Part shown: positions 20,820 through 30,716 of the stretch, piece after piece | Numbering within the stretch: position 1 is the first letter of the stretch | Layout: every line of letters starts with the position of its first letter | Translations under genes and position numbers: made by a program | Notes under the pieces: model-generated | Databases searched by the model: none | Told to the model about the DNA's origin: nothing | Seen by the model: the letters and a program-made list of their open reading frames with translations, nothing else | Assembly (NCBI GenBank): GCA_034007185.1 | Contig: JAVERJ010000001.1 | Coordinates: 1 to 38,505, forward strand | Direction: 5' to 3' | Source: Candidatus Carbonibacillus sp. | Lineage (GTDB): Bacteria; Bacillota; Bacilli; Thermicanales; DSM-22653 | Length of the DNA stretch: 38,505 nt

Positions 20820-21374
20820 TTAAAACTCTGGTTCAATCAACCCATATGTTCCATCACGTCGTTTGTAGACGATACCGACATCGTCCGTTTCCGCATTTTG
20901 AAAAACAAAGAAGTTATGCCCTAACAAATCCATTTGCAGCACTGCTTCTTCGACATTCATCGGTTTTAGAGCAAACCGTTTTACGCGTACGATGCGTGGT
21001 TCTTCTCCATGCGCGTCTCCATTGTTCTCTACTGTTTCTTGCACCTGACTGAAGAAGTTTCCTAATCCTTCATGTTCACGGGCTTTGCGATGAATACGCG
21101 TTTTATATTTGCGAATCTGCCGTCCTAACTTTTCAACCACATTATCAATGGCTGCATACATATCATCCGTTTTATCTTCAGCGCGTAAAATCAGTCCCGG
21201 CGTTGGCACGGTGACTTCTACGCGCTGCCCGTCACGATAAACTTTCATCGTCACGTGGGCGACGACATCAGCGTCATCTTGAAAGTATTTTTCCAATTTT
21301 TCCATGCGTTTCATCGTATACTCTTTCAAGGCCTCAGTGACTTCAATATTCTCACCGCGAAATAAGTACTTCAT
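20820..21374 (-). CDS. hpf: Long-form ribosome hibernation promoting factor (YvyD/HPF)
   Basis: 184 aa. N-terminus MKYLFRGENIEVTEALKEY, C-terminal dimerisation domain (KRFALKPMNVEEAVLQMDLLGHNFFVF). Sits immediately upstream of secA, as in B. subtilis. Confidence 0.93.
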   Translation of the reverse strand: MKYLFRGENIEVTEALKEYTMKRMEKLEKYFQDDADVVAHVTMKVYRDGQRVEVTVPTPGLILRAEDKTDDMYAAIDNVVEKLGRQIRKYKTRIHRKAREHEGLGNFFSQVQETVENNGDAHGEEPRIVRVKRFALKPMNVEEAVLQMDLLGHNFFVFQNAETDDVGIVYKRRDGTYGLIEPEF

Positions 21375-21457
21375 GTCATCAGCCTCCCATCTGGTACCGC
21401 TTACGTTTATTATACATGGAAAAGCCTTGGAAGGCTATGGCCTCGCATCGAAATATG

Positions 21458-21481
21458 TAAAAAAGCCCCGAACATTTCGGG
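21458..21481 (-). terminator. Rho-independent terminator downstream of the cold-shock gene
   Basis: Minus strand CCCGAA-ATG-TTCGGG followed by GCTTTTTTA. An A-run on the other side gives it a bidirectional shape. Confidence 0.5.
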
Positions 21482-21627
21482 ACTTTTAGGTCATATCCAG
21501 TCTTCTCGTTCAAGTGTATCATACCGTAGACACTGTCCTTGAAAACTCGTGCATCTATGCTGCTTCAGACCGGTTGAACATATATATATATTGTATCCTT
21601 GCATGCACTGACCTACGTAAGCAAGAC

Positions 21628-21831
21628 TTAGGAAAGCTTTGTCACGTTGGCAGCTTGCGGACCGCGAGCGCCTTGAACGATCTCAAAGGAAACCGCTTGG
21701 CCTTCTTCTAAAGTGCGATAACCTTCCCCGACGATCGCCGAATAGTGAACGAACACATCGTCGCCACCTTCACGCTCGATAAAACCATAACCTTTGGTCG
21801 CATTAAACCACTTTACACGTCCTTCAAACAC
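21628..21831 (-). CDS. Cold-shock protein (CspA family)
   Basis: RNP1/RNP2 motifs KGYGFI and VFVHY. I prefer the GTG at 21831 (SD AAAGGGA 9 nt upstream) over the ORF-track TTG at 21837. Confidence 0.9.
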   Translation of the reverse strand: MFEGRVKWFNATKGYGFIEREGGDDVFVHYSAIVGEGYRTLEEGQAVSFEIVQGARGPQAANVTKLS

Positions 21832-21891
21832 GTACAAACATCCCTTTCAGAAATATACTCATAAGCGCCGCAGGGCAGTGCTTACATGTTG

Positions 21892-21920
21892 ATTGTAGCA
21901 TAACCCAATGCACAAAGCAA
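21892..21920 (-). promoter_or_regulatory. Candidate sigma-A promoter for the cold-shock gene
   Basis: Minus strand TTGCTT-N17-TACAAT with an extended -10 TGc, about 55 nt upstream of the start. Confidence 0.5.
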
Positions 21921-22002
21921 GGATTTTTTCAAATCATTTAGAAGCTTTTCTCCCGTTTCTTGGAAACGCATTGAGCCATCAGCAGCCGATCCATAGACAG
22001 CA

Positions 22003-22500
22003 TTAAATGAGCATATCTAAGAGAAGACCATGTAAAGCGCCGATCGCTTGTAAAACGTCGAGATCGCTCGCACGCTCATCGAGCACACGGCGCGTGACCG
22101 CTTCCAGCGCCTTGTCAATCGAACGCGCTAAACGAAAGCGCCGCATATGTCCACGGCGATCAAGCGTTTGTTCTTCATAAACAGAAAACGCTTGCATCAG
22201 ATCTTCTACCAGTTTTTGAACGGCTTGGCGGTAACGATATAAAAGCGTCAATGTACGTTTTTGAGCGAGATGATCCGCCAGTTGAAACACTTCATCAATT
22301 CGAGCTTGAAAACGTCCATGGTAAGGCGTCAGTTCTTGCAACAAGTTCGATCGAAAGGATGCGGCCGTCGACTCACGAGCGATGCCTTGTTCAGTACGTC
22401 CTTGTTTTGTATGAGGATCTGTGATATACGTTCTTTCCATAGCCAAAAGACGTCGGACACGTTCGTGCGCACCGATATCCATCGCTTTCCCCATCCTCAC
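22003..22500 (-). CDS. DUF327 (YaaR-like) family protein
   Basis: Helical protein of about 160 aa with a central RTL..LL.Y+..V..LV and a C-terminal L..I..L.GLLLD ending, as remembered for DUF327. The start is ambiguous (GTG 22500, ATG 22494 or ATG 22482). It lies 3 nt after the fliT-like stop. Confidence 0.5.
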   Translation of the reverse strand: MRMGKAMDIGAHERVRRLLAMERTYITDPHTKQGRTEQGIARESTAASFRSNLLQELTPYHGRFQARIDEVFQLADHLAQKRTLTLLYRYRQAVQKLVEDLMQAFSVYEEQTLDRRGHMRRFRLARSIDKALEAVTRRVLDERASDLDVLQAIGALHGLLLDMLI

Positions 22501-22503
22501 TGT

Positions 22504-22854
22504 TTATCGTTTGACATCAAAAAAACCGCCTGTCCATTCTATATCCGATCCATAATAGGCTTTTTCCATGACCTGCATGCGACGCGCTTGTAAAAAATCA
22601 TGCGTGAAAGCACGTTCCATTTCGCGGAGCACTGTTTTTAACGTTTCTTCTAAACGCACGGCTTCTTCTCGAATCCCCGCTGGCCATTGTAGGCGGGGAG
22701 CATTCGGTTGCTGGCCAGATGCCGAACGATGGACATCGGTGATCCACTGCGCTCTCTTTTCGAGTGCTGCTTCAAGACGCTCTATGTCGCGCTGTTGAGC
22801 AGCGCGTATGGCTTCTTCGGTCCACTTTCGCCACGATCCATAATCACTCATCAC
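22504..22854 (-). CDS. fliT: FliT-like flagellar export chaperone
   Basis: 116 aa helical protein directly after fliS. The C-terminal KAYYG......GGFFDVKR resembles the Y....DGM.YDKK end of B. subtilis FliT. SD GAAGGGG. Confidence 0.5.
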   Translation of the reverse strand: MMSDYGSWRKWTEEAIRAAQQRDIERLEAALEKRAQWITDVHRSASGQQPNAPRLQWPAGIREEAVRLEETLKTVLREMERAFTHDFLQARRMQVMEKAYYGSDIEWTGGFFDVKR

Positions 22855-22887
22855 GCACCCCTTCTTTCCAGGGACCTTTCTTCTTGT

Positions 22888-23301
22888 TCAGGAGAAGGTA
22901 GACATCGATGATTTCTCCTGTCGATGCCGTTCAAGCGCTTGTGCCCATGTCTCCCGTAGGTCTACCAAAAGTTCTAGTATGTTTTCAACTTTTTGGACAT
23001 CCTTTTTAGTGTTGGCCACAATCAATTCATGGAGCATGAAGTCATAGAGTGCGTATAAATTTTGGGCAAGCGGAATGGTATGATCCAATCCATCGATTAA
23101 AGCATGCAAAATATCTTGCATCCGCACGAGGGATCGGTGACTTTTTTCATAGTCTTTTTTCTCAATCGCCCGGCAAGCCATCCGACCTTGTTTAATCGCG
23201 CTGTCATAGAGCATGAGCACAAGTTCTTGCGGTGACGCCGTCTGTACCTGTGTTTCTAGATATTGCTCGCGATACTTTTGCATCATCTCGTAACCCATCA
23301 T
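22888..23301 (-). CDS. fliS: Flagellin-specific chaperone FliS
   Basis: 137 aa. Contains YLETQVQTASPQELVLMLYDSAIK and NLYALYDFM, which are typical FliS motifs. Confidence 0.9.
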   Translation of the reverse strand: MMGYEMMQKYREQYLETQVQTASPQELVLMLYDSAIKQGRMACRAIEKKDYEKSHRSLVRMQDILHALIDGLDHTIPLAQNLYALYDFMLHELIVANTKKDVQKVENILELLVDLRETWAQALERHRQEKSSMSTFS

Positions 23302-23378
23302 TAACCCCTTCTCTCAATTGTCCTGCGCTCTTTGCGCTCTGTGGTCAGACGTGAGCATCGGTTTCGCCAAAGAACCTT

Positions 23379-25055
23379 TTAAGAGCCATTAGCAAATTGC
23401 TGCATGAGCCAAGCACTTTGCATGTTGGCACGTTCGATGGCCTTTTCCATCGCTGTAAACTGGCGCCAGTATCGCTCTTCAATCGCTTTAAGACGGCGTT
23501 CAAAGCCATCAATTCTTCCATCCAGCGATTTGATTTGTGCCCCGATCGCACTTTGATCTGCCCCGAAGATACTATCCCGCCCGGCTTTTTGTACGAGTCG
23601 GTCCATACTATCGCCGAGGAGTTCGTACAGTCGAACACCAATGCCCTTTTCAGGGTGAAGCGGCTGGCGGTTACTGGCAGGCGAAGGATTGGTTAACTTC
23701 TGAGAAAAAAGGGCGTTTACCTCGTCAGGACGTTGCAGAAGCGCTTCAGTCAATTTTTGTTCATCGAGCAAAAGCTTTCCTTTTTCCCAGTAACTCCCTG
23801 TCGTAATGCCGATTTCAGAAAGACTGATCGACCGTCCGCCACCCAAATCAACGGGTGTCACAAGCGCCATGCGTAAATCTGAGACGATGCGATCAAGCGT
23901 CATATCACGCGACAAAAGACCGCTTCGCGCTCTTTCTTCCCACTGTTCAATTTGTTTATCGGTCATCGCTTTTTTTTGTTCATCTGTAAGGGGCGGATAA
24001 TCCCGATAGCGCGGTTCACTTAAACGCTGATTTAAATCTCCGAGCAGCGTATTGTATGTTTCCACAAAATTTTTAATCTTGTCGATCACGCCTTGTGTAT
24101 CCGGGGCAACCGTCACCGTGACAGCCGTGTTCGCGGGGGTGATGCCTTTAAGATCAAAACGAATGCCAAAAGCTGTCAATTGGTTATCTGAAGAGGTAAC
24201 GGTCACCCCATCGATGATCGCAATGGCTTGCTGGCCTTTTTGAATGTGTTCGGCGTATGGTTGGTTGGTCGCTGGATTGGTGGTTGTCGCAATGCCTAGC
24301 ACTTGGGTTAAAGGAAAAGCACTGGTCGCTTCATCTTCCACCGTAAGCTGATATGGGCCGCTCGTAAGCGTTTGTAAGACGATTCTTCCTGTCATGTCAT
24401 CAAACATCGCTTTAACCCCAAGGGGTTCTGATCCGCTTTTTGCATTGTTGATCGCGTCGATGACATCTTTGATCGTCCGCGTACCAGATGAATTATCGAT
24501 GGTAATCGTAGCATATCGAGCGGTCTGGTTCACATCGTCGTACACCCCAAGGGTAAACGCATAGATCCCTTGGCCTAGGGCCGCGCCAGATGCATCGTTT
24601 AGATCCGTAAGGGGTGTTGAAAGCTGTACCGCTCCCGTAGAAGCAGAGATGGATGCACCGATCAAGCGTGCTGGCTGTGCCAACTGCGTAACACGAACCT
24701 CGTGCTGTCCGGGAAGAGCCCCCCCAGCGGCGGTGGCATGGACCAGATCCTCACGCGTGCTCTGTGCCGACTGCGCTAAAAATGTTCCACTCAGCCTTAA
24801 GTCGGCAAGCTTAGAACGCACCTCTAATAAATTGCGATTGACTTCGCGATAAGCATCGCGCTGCCAGTTCAACCACTGTTTTTGTTGTAACAGCTTTTGA
24901 AGTGGTAAACGTTCGGCTTGCATGAGTTTGGAGACGATCGCCTCTGTATCAAGACCTGAGACGAGACCTGAAAAGCGGCGCACATCACCGATATCATTAT
25001 TCGAGGTGTTACCACTGACCGGGAACACATCTACCACCCTTTCCAATGCCTTCAT
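23379..25055 (-). CDS. fliD: Flagellar filament cap protein FliD (HAP2)
   Basis: 558 aa. N-terminal SGLVSGLDTEAIVSKLMQAERLPLQKL and C-terminal IEERYWRQFTAMEKAI are conserved FliD termini. The start is uncertain: ATG 25055 lacks an SD, while GTG 25028 has one. Confidence 0.88.
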   Translation of the reverse strand: MKALERVVDVFPVSGNTSNNDIGDVRRFSGLVSGLDTEAIVSKLMQAERLPLQKLLQQKQWLNWQRDAYREVNRNLLEVRSKLADLRLSGTFLAQSAQSTREDLVHATAAGGALPGQHEVRVTQLAQPARLIGASISASTGAVQLSTPLTDLNDASGAALGQGIYAFTLGVYDDVNQTARYATITIDNSSGTRTIKDVIDAINNAKSGSEPLGVKAMFDDMTGRIVLQTLTSGPYQLTVEDEATSAFPLTQVLGIATTTNPATNQPYAEHIQKGQQAIAIIDGVTVTSSDNQLTAFGIRFDLKGITPANTAVTVTVAPDTQGVIDKIKNFVETYNTLLGDLNQRLSEPRYRDYPPLTDEQKKAMTDKQIEQWEERARSGLLSRDMTLDRIVSDLRMALVTPVDLGGGRSISLSEIGITTGSYWEKGKLLLDEQKLTEALLQRPDEVNALFSQKLTNPSPASNRQPLHPEKGIGVRLYELLGDSMDRLVQKAGRDSIFGADQSAIGAQIKSLDGRIDGFERRLKAIEERYWRQFTAMEKAIERANMQSAWLMQQFANGS

Positions 25056-25073
25056 CTATCATGATGAGCGAAT

Positions 25074-25451
25074 TTATAGTTTTTTATCGATGATCCAACC
25101 AAGCTGTTCCCACATCGTGGCCACGAGATCTAACCATCGTTTAGGCGGAATCTCTTTGATCACTTCATTGGTGCGATCATCGATGATCTCGACATAATAC
25201 TCCCCTAATTGATCGTGATATGCATATTTAAGATGAGACCCACCACGTTCCAAAATGACATTCATACCATCTACAACCTTTTTTACTTCCTGTTCCGAAA
25301 GTCGCTCCGCACGATTCATAGCCGCTTGCGTATCTTCCGATCCAGCAGTTGATCCCGTAACGCGCTCTCCTATAGACTGAATATCTTGAATACGTTCGAC
25401 CCGTCCTGTTGGCTGCCCCACCATAGGTTCACGAATGGGTCCAATCTGCAC
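25074..25451 (-). CDS. flaG: Flagellar protein FlaG
   Basis: 125 aa. FlaG core LKYAYHDQLGEYYVEIIDDRTNEVIKEIPPKRWLDL. GTG start behind AAGGAGGG. Confidence 0.85.
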   Translation of the reverse strand: MQIGPIREPMVGQPTGRVERIQDIQSIGERVTGSTAGSEDTQAAMNRAERLSEQEVKKVVDGMNVILERGGSHLKYAYHDQLGEYYVEIIDDRTNEVIKEIPPKRWLDLVATMWEQLGWIIDKKL

Positions 25452-25511
25452 ATTGATCCCTCCTTCTCACCCAAAACGAGCACAAAAAATTTCCCAAATC
25501 TGTCTACTCTT

Positions 25512-25541
25512 CGTATCGGCAGACATTGGGAAAAGGTTTAG
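25512..25541 (-). promoter_or_regulatory. Candidate sigma-D (sigma-28) promoter for flaG-fliD-fliS-fliT-DUF327
   Basis: Minus strand CTAAA-N16-GCCGATAC, against the B. subtilis sigma-D consensus TAAA-N15-GCCGATAT. It lies about 60 nt upstream of flaG and overlaps an imperfect hairpin that could also terminate the upstream gene. Confidence 0.55.
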
Positions 25542-25604
25542 AGCAGGGATTGAGTTTTCCAGACACCTTTAGACCGTTGACACGGCGAAAAGAAGTCGAA
25601 AACA

Positions 25605-27308
25605 TCAAATGATGGATGGAAACATCATGTGTTGGATGGTTTGTTCAATGCTTGTGATTCGTGATAAAAATTCATTCGATGCAAGTGGCGGCGAAATGAT
25701 ATAACCTTGCAGATACAAACGATCTGTGATGCGTATGTCCTCACATATCTCCAACGACTCGACGCCTTCTATCACTGTATCTAGCTGCAATCGTTCTGCT
25801 AAATTCACGAGCGCTTGTACAATCTGTCGACTTCGCTCGCTATACCCAACGAGCAGCGATCGATCAAGCTTCAAACCGTCGACAGGTAATTCGAGAAGTT
25901 GGCGGATCGATGTATATCCCGATCCAAAATCATCTAGATATATTTTTATGCCCAATGCTTTGAGCGCCTGAACGGTATCAACGACAGATGCGTCAATGGT
26001 AAGCTCCACGCTTTCTGTGAGTTCAATGATTAAAAATGGAAAATACTGCTCATACCCGCGCAACGCTTGTTTGACCGATTCTAAAAAGTCTGGTGCTTTA
26101 AGCTGTGCACGCGAGACATTCACGCTTATATACACTTGATCGGCAGAACCGTCTTGCCTCGTTCTCAAAAAATCGAGGAATTGAACAGCTTCTCGTAAAA
26201 CAAACACACCAATCTCCGGCATAAGCCCGAGCGATTCGGCCAAAGGAATAAACTGAGCAGGGGACACCTGACCACGGAGCGGATGACGCCAACGTAAGAG
26301 CGCTTCGATCATCGTCACTTTTTTACTGAACACATGAACAATCGGTTGATAGACGAGGAAAAACTCCCTGCGCTTCACGGCTTTTTTAATATCTTGTTCC
26401 CATTCTGCAGGCCGCAAAACCGGCTCATCATCAAATTCGGGCTCATAGATCTTGATCTCCCCCGGTGAAAAACGTTTGGCTGCCTGCAAAGCAACCATCC
26501 CTTCTTCTAGCAATTGTTCCAGGCACCATCCTCCCGTTGCACATATAGCCACACCGATCGTAGAAAATACACTTATTTCGCCATCACCCAAGTGAAAAGG
26601 TTCACGCATAAAGACATGAAACGCTTTTAAACGCGTTTTGAATTGATCATCGAAAGGTGCAAATACCAAAAACTCATCTCCGCCATGACGGACCACAAAC
26701 CCTCTTGGGCGATTTGCGACACCTAAAATACGCGGATTGATGAGCGCTTCTTTTAGACGTTGAGCATATGCTTTTAGTAGGACATCAGCCGTCTCATGAC
26801 CGTATAAACTGTTGATCCATTGGAACCGATCGATATCGATATAAAGAAGCATATAGGCTTGATTCATTAAGGCACTTTGTTTCAATCGCGCATACTCTAA
26901 ATAACGATGATTATAGACATCCGTCGTCAAATCACGTATGGCCAATGCTTCTGCTTCTTTTCGCGCTCCAATCAATCGCTCCATCAACCAGCCACTCAAC
27001 AAAGAAAAAATCAACATAAATAAACTAATTTCTACAAAACGACTCAATGTCTCGACAAACGGTCCGCGCCTCATCCCATAGCGTATCCACAACGCGATGT
27101 GTAACAAAAAGAAGAAGAAAAAGGTACTTAACGCTCCTCGTAACCCAAACCATCCTGCAGCGAGAAGCAGCGGAAAAAGAACAATCACCCAAGCCCACAG
27201 ATGTTCAAAACCTGTGAGCGACATTTCAATGAGCACAAGAAAAACGCTGAACCCTAGTACAATGACAACCAACATACCGATGCGTTGCCTAAGCTGAAGA
27301 TGCTCCAT
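25605..27308 (-). CDS. Membrane-anchored GGDEF-EAL protein (diguanylate cyclase/phosphodiesterase)
   Basis: Four or five N-terminal TM helices. The GGDEF motif is intact (VVRHGGDEFLVF), but the I-site reads RPRG instead of RxxD and GH..AD replaces GH..GD. The EAL domain has all key motifs I checked (EALLRW, NVS, ELTES, DDFGSGYTS, KLD, EGVE, QGY). Confidence 0.9.
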   Translation of the reverse strand: MEHLQLRQRIGMLVVIVLGFSVFLVLIEMSLTGFEHLWAWVIVLFPLLLAAGWFGLRGALSTFFFFFLLHIALWIRYGMRRGPFVETLSRFVEISLFMLIFSLLSGWLMERLIGARKEAEALAIRDLTTDVYNHRYLEYARLKQSALMNQAYMLLYIDIDRFQWINSLYGHETADVLLKAYAQRLKEALINPRILGVANRPRGFVVRHGGDEFLVFAPFDDQFKTRLKAFHVFMREPFHLGDGEISVFSTIGVAICATGGWCLEQLLEEGMVALQAAKRFSPGEIKIYEPEFDDEPVLRPAEWEQDIKKAVKRREFFLVYQPIVHVFSKKVTMIEALLRWRHPLRGQVSPAQFIPLAESLGLMPEIGVFVLREAVQFLDFLRTRQDGSADQVYISVNVSRAQLKAPDFLESVKQALRGYEQYFPFLIIELTESVELTIDASVVDTVQALKALGIKIYLDDFGSGYTSIRQLLELPVDGLKLDRSLLVGYSERSRQIVQALVNLAERLQLDTVIEGVESLEICEDIRITDRLYLQGYIISPPLASNEFLSRITSIEQTIQHMMFPSII

Positions 27309-27471
27309 GCATCACAGACCTTCTCTCCAAGTAATATGAGCATTCGCTTCATTTATGGAAGCAGCAAATGGGAATTGTTTATTATATAAATACAAATTCC
27401 TTACTTTTGTTCACAAAATAATTACAGCGCACAATTTATAGTATAAACTTCGACTTTTTTCGACGCAATAG

Positions 27472-27504
27472 GAAAAAAGGACGATGTTTTTATCACATCG
27501 TCCT
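27472..27504 (-). terminator. Strong Rho-independent terminator after the methyltransferase gene
   Basis: Minus strand AGGACGATGT-GATAAAA-ACATCGTCCT followed by TTTTTTCC. Confidence 0.8.
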
Positions 27505-27588
27505 AAGACATATTGACTATCGCATTGGATCCGCAAACGTCATATTCAAAGTGTCATGTTACAAACGATCTCTTGCCCATCAGGATTG

Positions 27589-28164
27589 TCAAGATGAGGC
27601 ACGACGTTCTCCAAGCAGGATGTAATAATATGGTGGCCACGGATGATCTTCAACAGAAAAACCAAGGGAGGACAGTCGTTCTTCTAAGTTCTTTCTAGGG
27701 AGACGATGATGAAGGGGAGGCCCATAAGCCATCGCTTGCGCGTCCCATTCAATCACCATCAGCCTTCCCCTAGGCATAAGGACACGCCGTATCTCTCTTA
27801 AAGTTTCTTCCAACCGGTTGGTCTCATGTAAAACCGTTGAGGCCAAAACGCGCGTCACCGAAGCATCCGGGAGTGGAATAGCGTGCATTTCCGCATGAAG
27901 CGGATGAATGTGTGTGATTCCTTCTGCCTTAGCCCGCTCCAAGGTCAGCATGAGCATTTCCTGAGCGATATCAAGGGCATATACGGGTACGTTCGTCCGT
28001 TTGGCGGCAGGGAGTGTAAAAAATCCAGGACCAGCACCGAGATCGAGGACGACATCCCCTTCCTGCACATCCAACAAATCAAGCAGCGTATCCGGGGGAA
28101 GCAGCGCGTGTCGTTCAGCACTTAACAGTTTATCTGCATGTCGTGGGTCAAAGCGGTGAGCCAA
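27589..28164 (-). CDS. Class I SAM-dependent methyltransferase
   Basis: 191 aa. Motif I VLDLGAGPGFF, post-I ALDI, and motif III-like RVLMPRGRLMVIEW. TTG start 9 nt after AAGGAGG. I saw no terminator between it and phnE. Confidence 0.8.
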   Translation of the reverse strand: MAHRFDPRHADKLLSAERHALLPPDTLLDLLDVQEGDVVLDLGAGPGFFTLPAAKRTNVPVYALDIAQEMLMLTLERAKAEGITHIHPLHAEMHAIPLPDASVTRVLASTVLHETNRLEETLREIRRVLMPRGRLMVIEWDAQAMAYGPPLHHRLPRKNLEERLSSLGFSVEDHPWPPYYYILLGERRASS

Positions 28165-28263
28165 CCATCCTCGCCTCCTTAAAATGCTCAGGCCTTTACT
28201 GTAGATCTTGAATATCTTGATAGATCATCGTCACTGTTACGACGGGGCAACCATCCAAAAGCA

Positions 28264-29061
28264 TCACACAAGCCGGGATCGAATATACCCACTCAAACCA
28301 TCGATGATCATCACAGCAACGATAATGCCGAGCATAATGATACCAACGCGCGACCAAGCATACCCTTGTAAGGCAAAAATCAGCGGTGTCCCGATCCCGC
28401 CGGCACCGACGATCCCTAAAACCGTCGCTGCACGAACATTGATCTCAAAGCGATAGATGGCAAATGAAGCAAATTCTGGTAAAACCTGCGGTAAGATGGC
28501 ATACCACAAGATCTGCAATTTGTTTGCGCCGACCGCTTCCAGTGCCTCAATCGGTCCCGGGTCAATATTTTCAATCGCCTCGCTATAAAGTTTACCGAGC
28601 ATACCGATCGAATGGACACCTAACGCCAAAATACCAGCAAAGGCTCCCGGACCGACAGCAACGATGAACACCACCGCTAAGATGATCTCCGGAAACGTAC
28701 GAATGGCGCTTAAAACCCACTTCCCGCTCAAAGGCCCAATGGAATAGGTGTGACCTTTGTGTGAAGCCGCCCAAAAGCCGAAAGGGATCGCTAAAATAGC
28801 AGCAATAAAGGTCCCCAACCAAGCCATCTCAATACTTTCAAACAAGCGCATGAGCACTTCTCCACTATACGACCATTCTGGAGAAAACAGACCTTTAAAT
28901 ATATTTTTCGTGATCAGCCAACCTTGCGCAAACCCTTTCGTATTGAGGCTTAAATCCGTGAACGACCAGCCGTAGATCACTGCAAGCACCAAGATGATCA
29001 CACCGGTGCGCATTCGCCGTCGCCAGACGTTCGGTGCTTTGGGCAAAGATGTTGTGGTCAT
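28264..29061 (-). CDS. phnE: Phosphonate ABC transporter permease PhnE (second copy)
   Basis: 265 aa, 6 TM. The EAA-type loop IDPGPIEALEAVGANKLQILWYAILPQVLP is characteristic of PhnE. Confidence 0.88.
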   Translation of the reverse strand: MTTTSLPKAPNVWRRRMRTGVIILVLAVIYGWSFTDLSLNTKGFAQGWLITKNIFKGLFSPEWSYSGEVLMRLFESIEMAWLGTFIAAILAIPFGFWAASHKGHTYSIGPLSGKWVLSAIRTFPEIILAVVFIVAVGPGAFAGILALGVHSIGMLGKLYSEAIENIDPGPIEALEAVGANKLQILWYAILPQVLPEFASFAIYRFEINVRAATVLGIVGAGGIGTPLIFALQGYAWSRVGIIMLGIIVAVMIIDGLSGYIRSRLV

Positions 29062-29888
29062 ATGAGTCGCCTCCTTAAAGTGCCGCTTAAAGCTTCAATG
29101 AGAAGCACCACAAGGAAGATCAATAATATAATGCTCGCCGCACGGTCATATTGCAAAAAAGCAAGCGCTGTGTTGAGGGGGACCCCGATCCCACCAGCAC
29201 CTACCAAGCCCAGCACAGCAGCTGTCCGCACGTTAATCTCGAACACATATAAAGTATACGAAATAAAAGCTGGTAAGATCTGGGGCATAACAGCATAGCG
29301 AATCCAAGTTAATGGACTCGCACCGACCGCCGTCATCGCTTCCAATGGTCCAGAATCGATCGTCTCCAGAGATTCACTGGTCAGCTTAGCGATAATCGCA
29401 AATGAAAAAAAGATAATGGCCAAAATCCCTGCGACTGCGCCAATGCCAACTATCGCCACAAAAATAGCAGCAAAAAGAAGCTCTGGAATCGTGCGGATCA
29501 AATTCATAAAGGTTCGACTCAAAAAAACGAAGAATCTATTTTTCGTAACATTGCGTGCAGCGAGTAAGGTGATGGGGATGGCGATGATGGCTCCAACTGT
29601 CGTACCGACAATGGCCATACGGATCGTTTCATAGACTGCCGGAAGCACTTTTTTCATATAGACCCAATCCGGTGTTAAAAATTGGGATAACAGCCGCCAC
29701 ATATTGGGCCAGCCCATCGCCAGTTGCCGTGGATCGCTTTCCGTATGCCAAGCCGCGCCAACGATTGTGACCAAGAACAATGCAGTCCAAAGCATGCGGG
29801 ATAGGTTTTTTTTAAGTTGCTTGGGTGGTTGAGGCAAGGTCGATAGACCGGTTTGAGTCGGCTCCGTATTACGAAGCGCCATAGGCAC
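29058..29888 (-). CDS. phnE: Phosphonate ABC transporter permease PhnE (first copy)
   Basis: 276 aa paralogue of the downstream permease ([30 protein letters not shown]). 4-nt overlap with the next gene. Confidence 0.88.
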   Translation of the reverse strand: MPMALRNTEPTQTGLSTLPQPPKQLKKNLSRMLWTALFLVTIVGAAWHTESDPRQLAMGWPNMWRLLSQFLTPDWVYMKKVLPAVYETIRMAIVGTTVGAIIAIPITLLAARNVTKNRFFVFLSRTFMNLIRTIPELLFAAIFVAIVGIGAVAGILAIIFFSFAIIAKLTSESLETIDSGPLEAMTAVGASPLTWIRYAVMPQILPAFISYTLYVFEINVRTAAVLGLVGAGGIGVPLNTALAFLQYDRAASIILLIFLVVLLIEALSGTLRRRLI

Positions 29889-30657
29889 TCATTCCTTCCA
29901 ACTTTCGATCTTCTTCACGGAGGGCTCGTCCATAGATGTGTTCAAACACGTCGTCGGTTGCTTCGTGCACCGGCCCGTCAAAAACGACTTCCCCCGCCCG
30001 TAGACCGATAATACGATCGGCAAAGGCACGCGCCAAATCGACAAAATGAAGATTCACGACCGTCGTCATCCTGAGTTCACGATTGACCCGTTTTAAATCT
30101 TTCATAATCATATCGGTCGTCACCGGATCCAGACTGGCCACCGGCTCATCTGCCAAAATGATTTTCGGTTGTTGGGCGAGTGCCCGAGCGATCGCTACGC
30201 GTTGTTGTTGACCGCCGGACAATTGATCCGCACGCTCAAACGCTTTTTCCTGAATATTCACACGCCTGAGTGCATCGAAAGCGATCTCCACATCCGCTCG
30301 AGGGTACCATCCTAAAAGGGTACGCCACGTAGGATGATAAGCGACACGACCGCTTAAGACGTTATTGAGTACGCTCATCCGTTTGACCAAATTAAAACTT
30401 TGAAAAATCATCCCGATATCACGTCGATGACGACGCAGGTTGCGCCCTTTCGCCCGCGTGATGGACTTGCCATCAATGAATATTTCTCCTTGCGTAATAT
30501 CGATCATCCGATTGATCGAACGCAAAAGCGTCGATTTCCCAGCACCCGATAGTCCGACAATGACAACGAATTCTCCACGATGAATGGTGAGATTGATGCC
30601 TTTGAGACCAACCGTACCGTTGGGGTATACTTTGTGTACATCACGAAATTCGATCAC
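29869..30657 (-). CDS. phnC: Phosphonate ABC transporter ATP-binding protein PhnC. Start moved to the GTG at 30657.
   Basis: [41 protein letters not shown]. The GTG behind GAGGGGGA gives (M)[13 protein letters not shown], the usual PhnC N-terminus. Confidence 0.9.
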   Translation of the reverse strand: MIEFRDVHKVYPNGTVGLKGINLTIHRGEFVVIVGLSGAGKSTLLRSINRMIDITQGEIFIDGKSITRAKGRNLRRHRRDIGMIFQSFNLVKRMSVLNNVLSGRVAYHPTWRTLLGWYPRADVEIAFDALRRVNIQEKAFERADQLSGGQQQRVAIARALAQQPKIILADEPVASLDPVTTDMIMKDLKRVNRELRMTTVVNLHFVDLARAFADRIIGLRAGEVVFDGPVHEATDDVFEHIYGRALREEDRKLEGMSAYGAS

Positions 30658-30716
30658 TCCGATCCCCCTCATAGACCCATCGATCATCAAAATATGTTCT
30701 CAAGTTAGTCAAACAC

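Noticed and set aside
21580-21591. (AT)6 microsatellite in the csp-hpf intergenic region
   Set aside because: It is a short simple repeat of the kind expected by chance in AT-rich intergenic DNA, with no associated structure.
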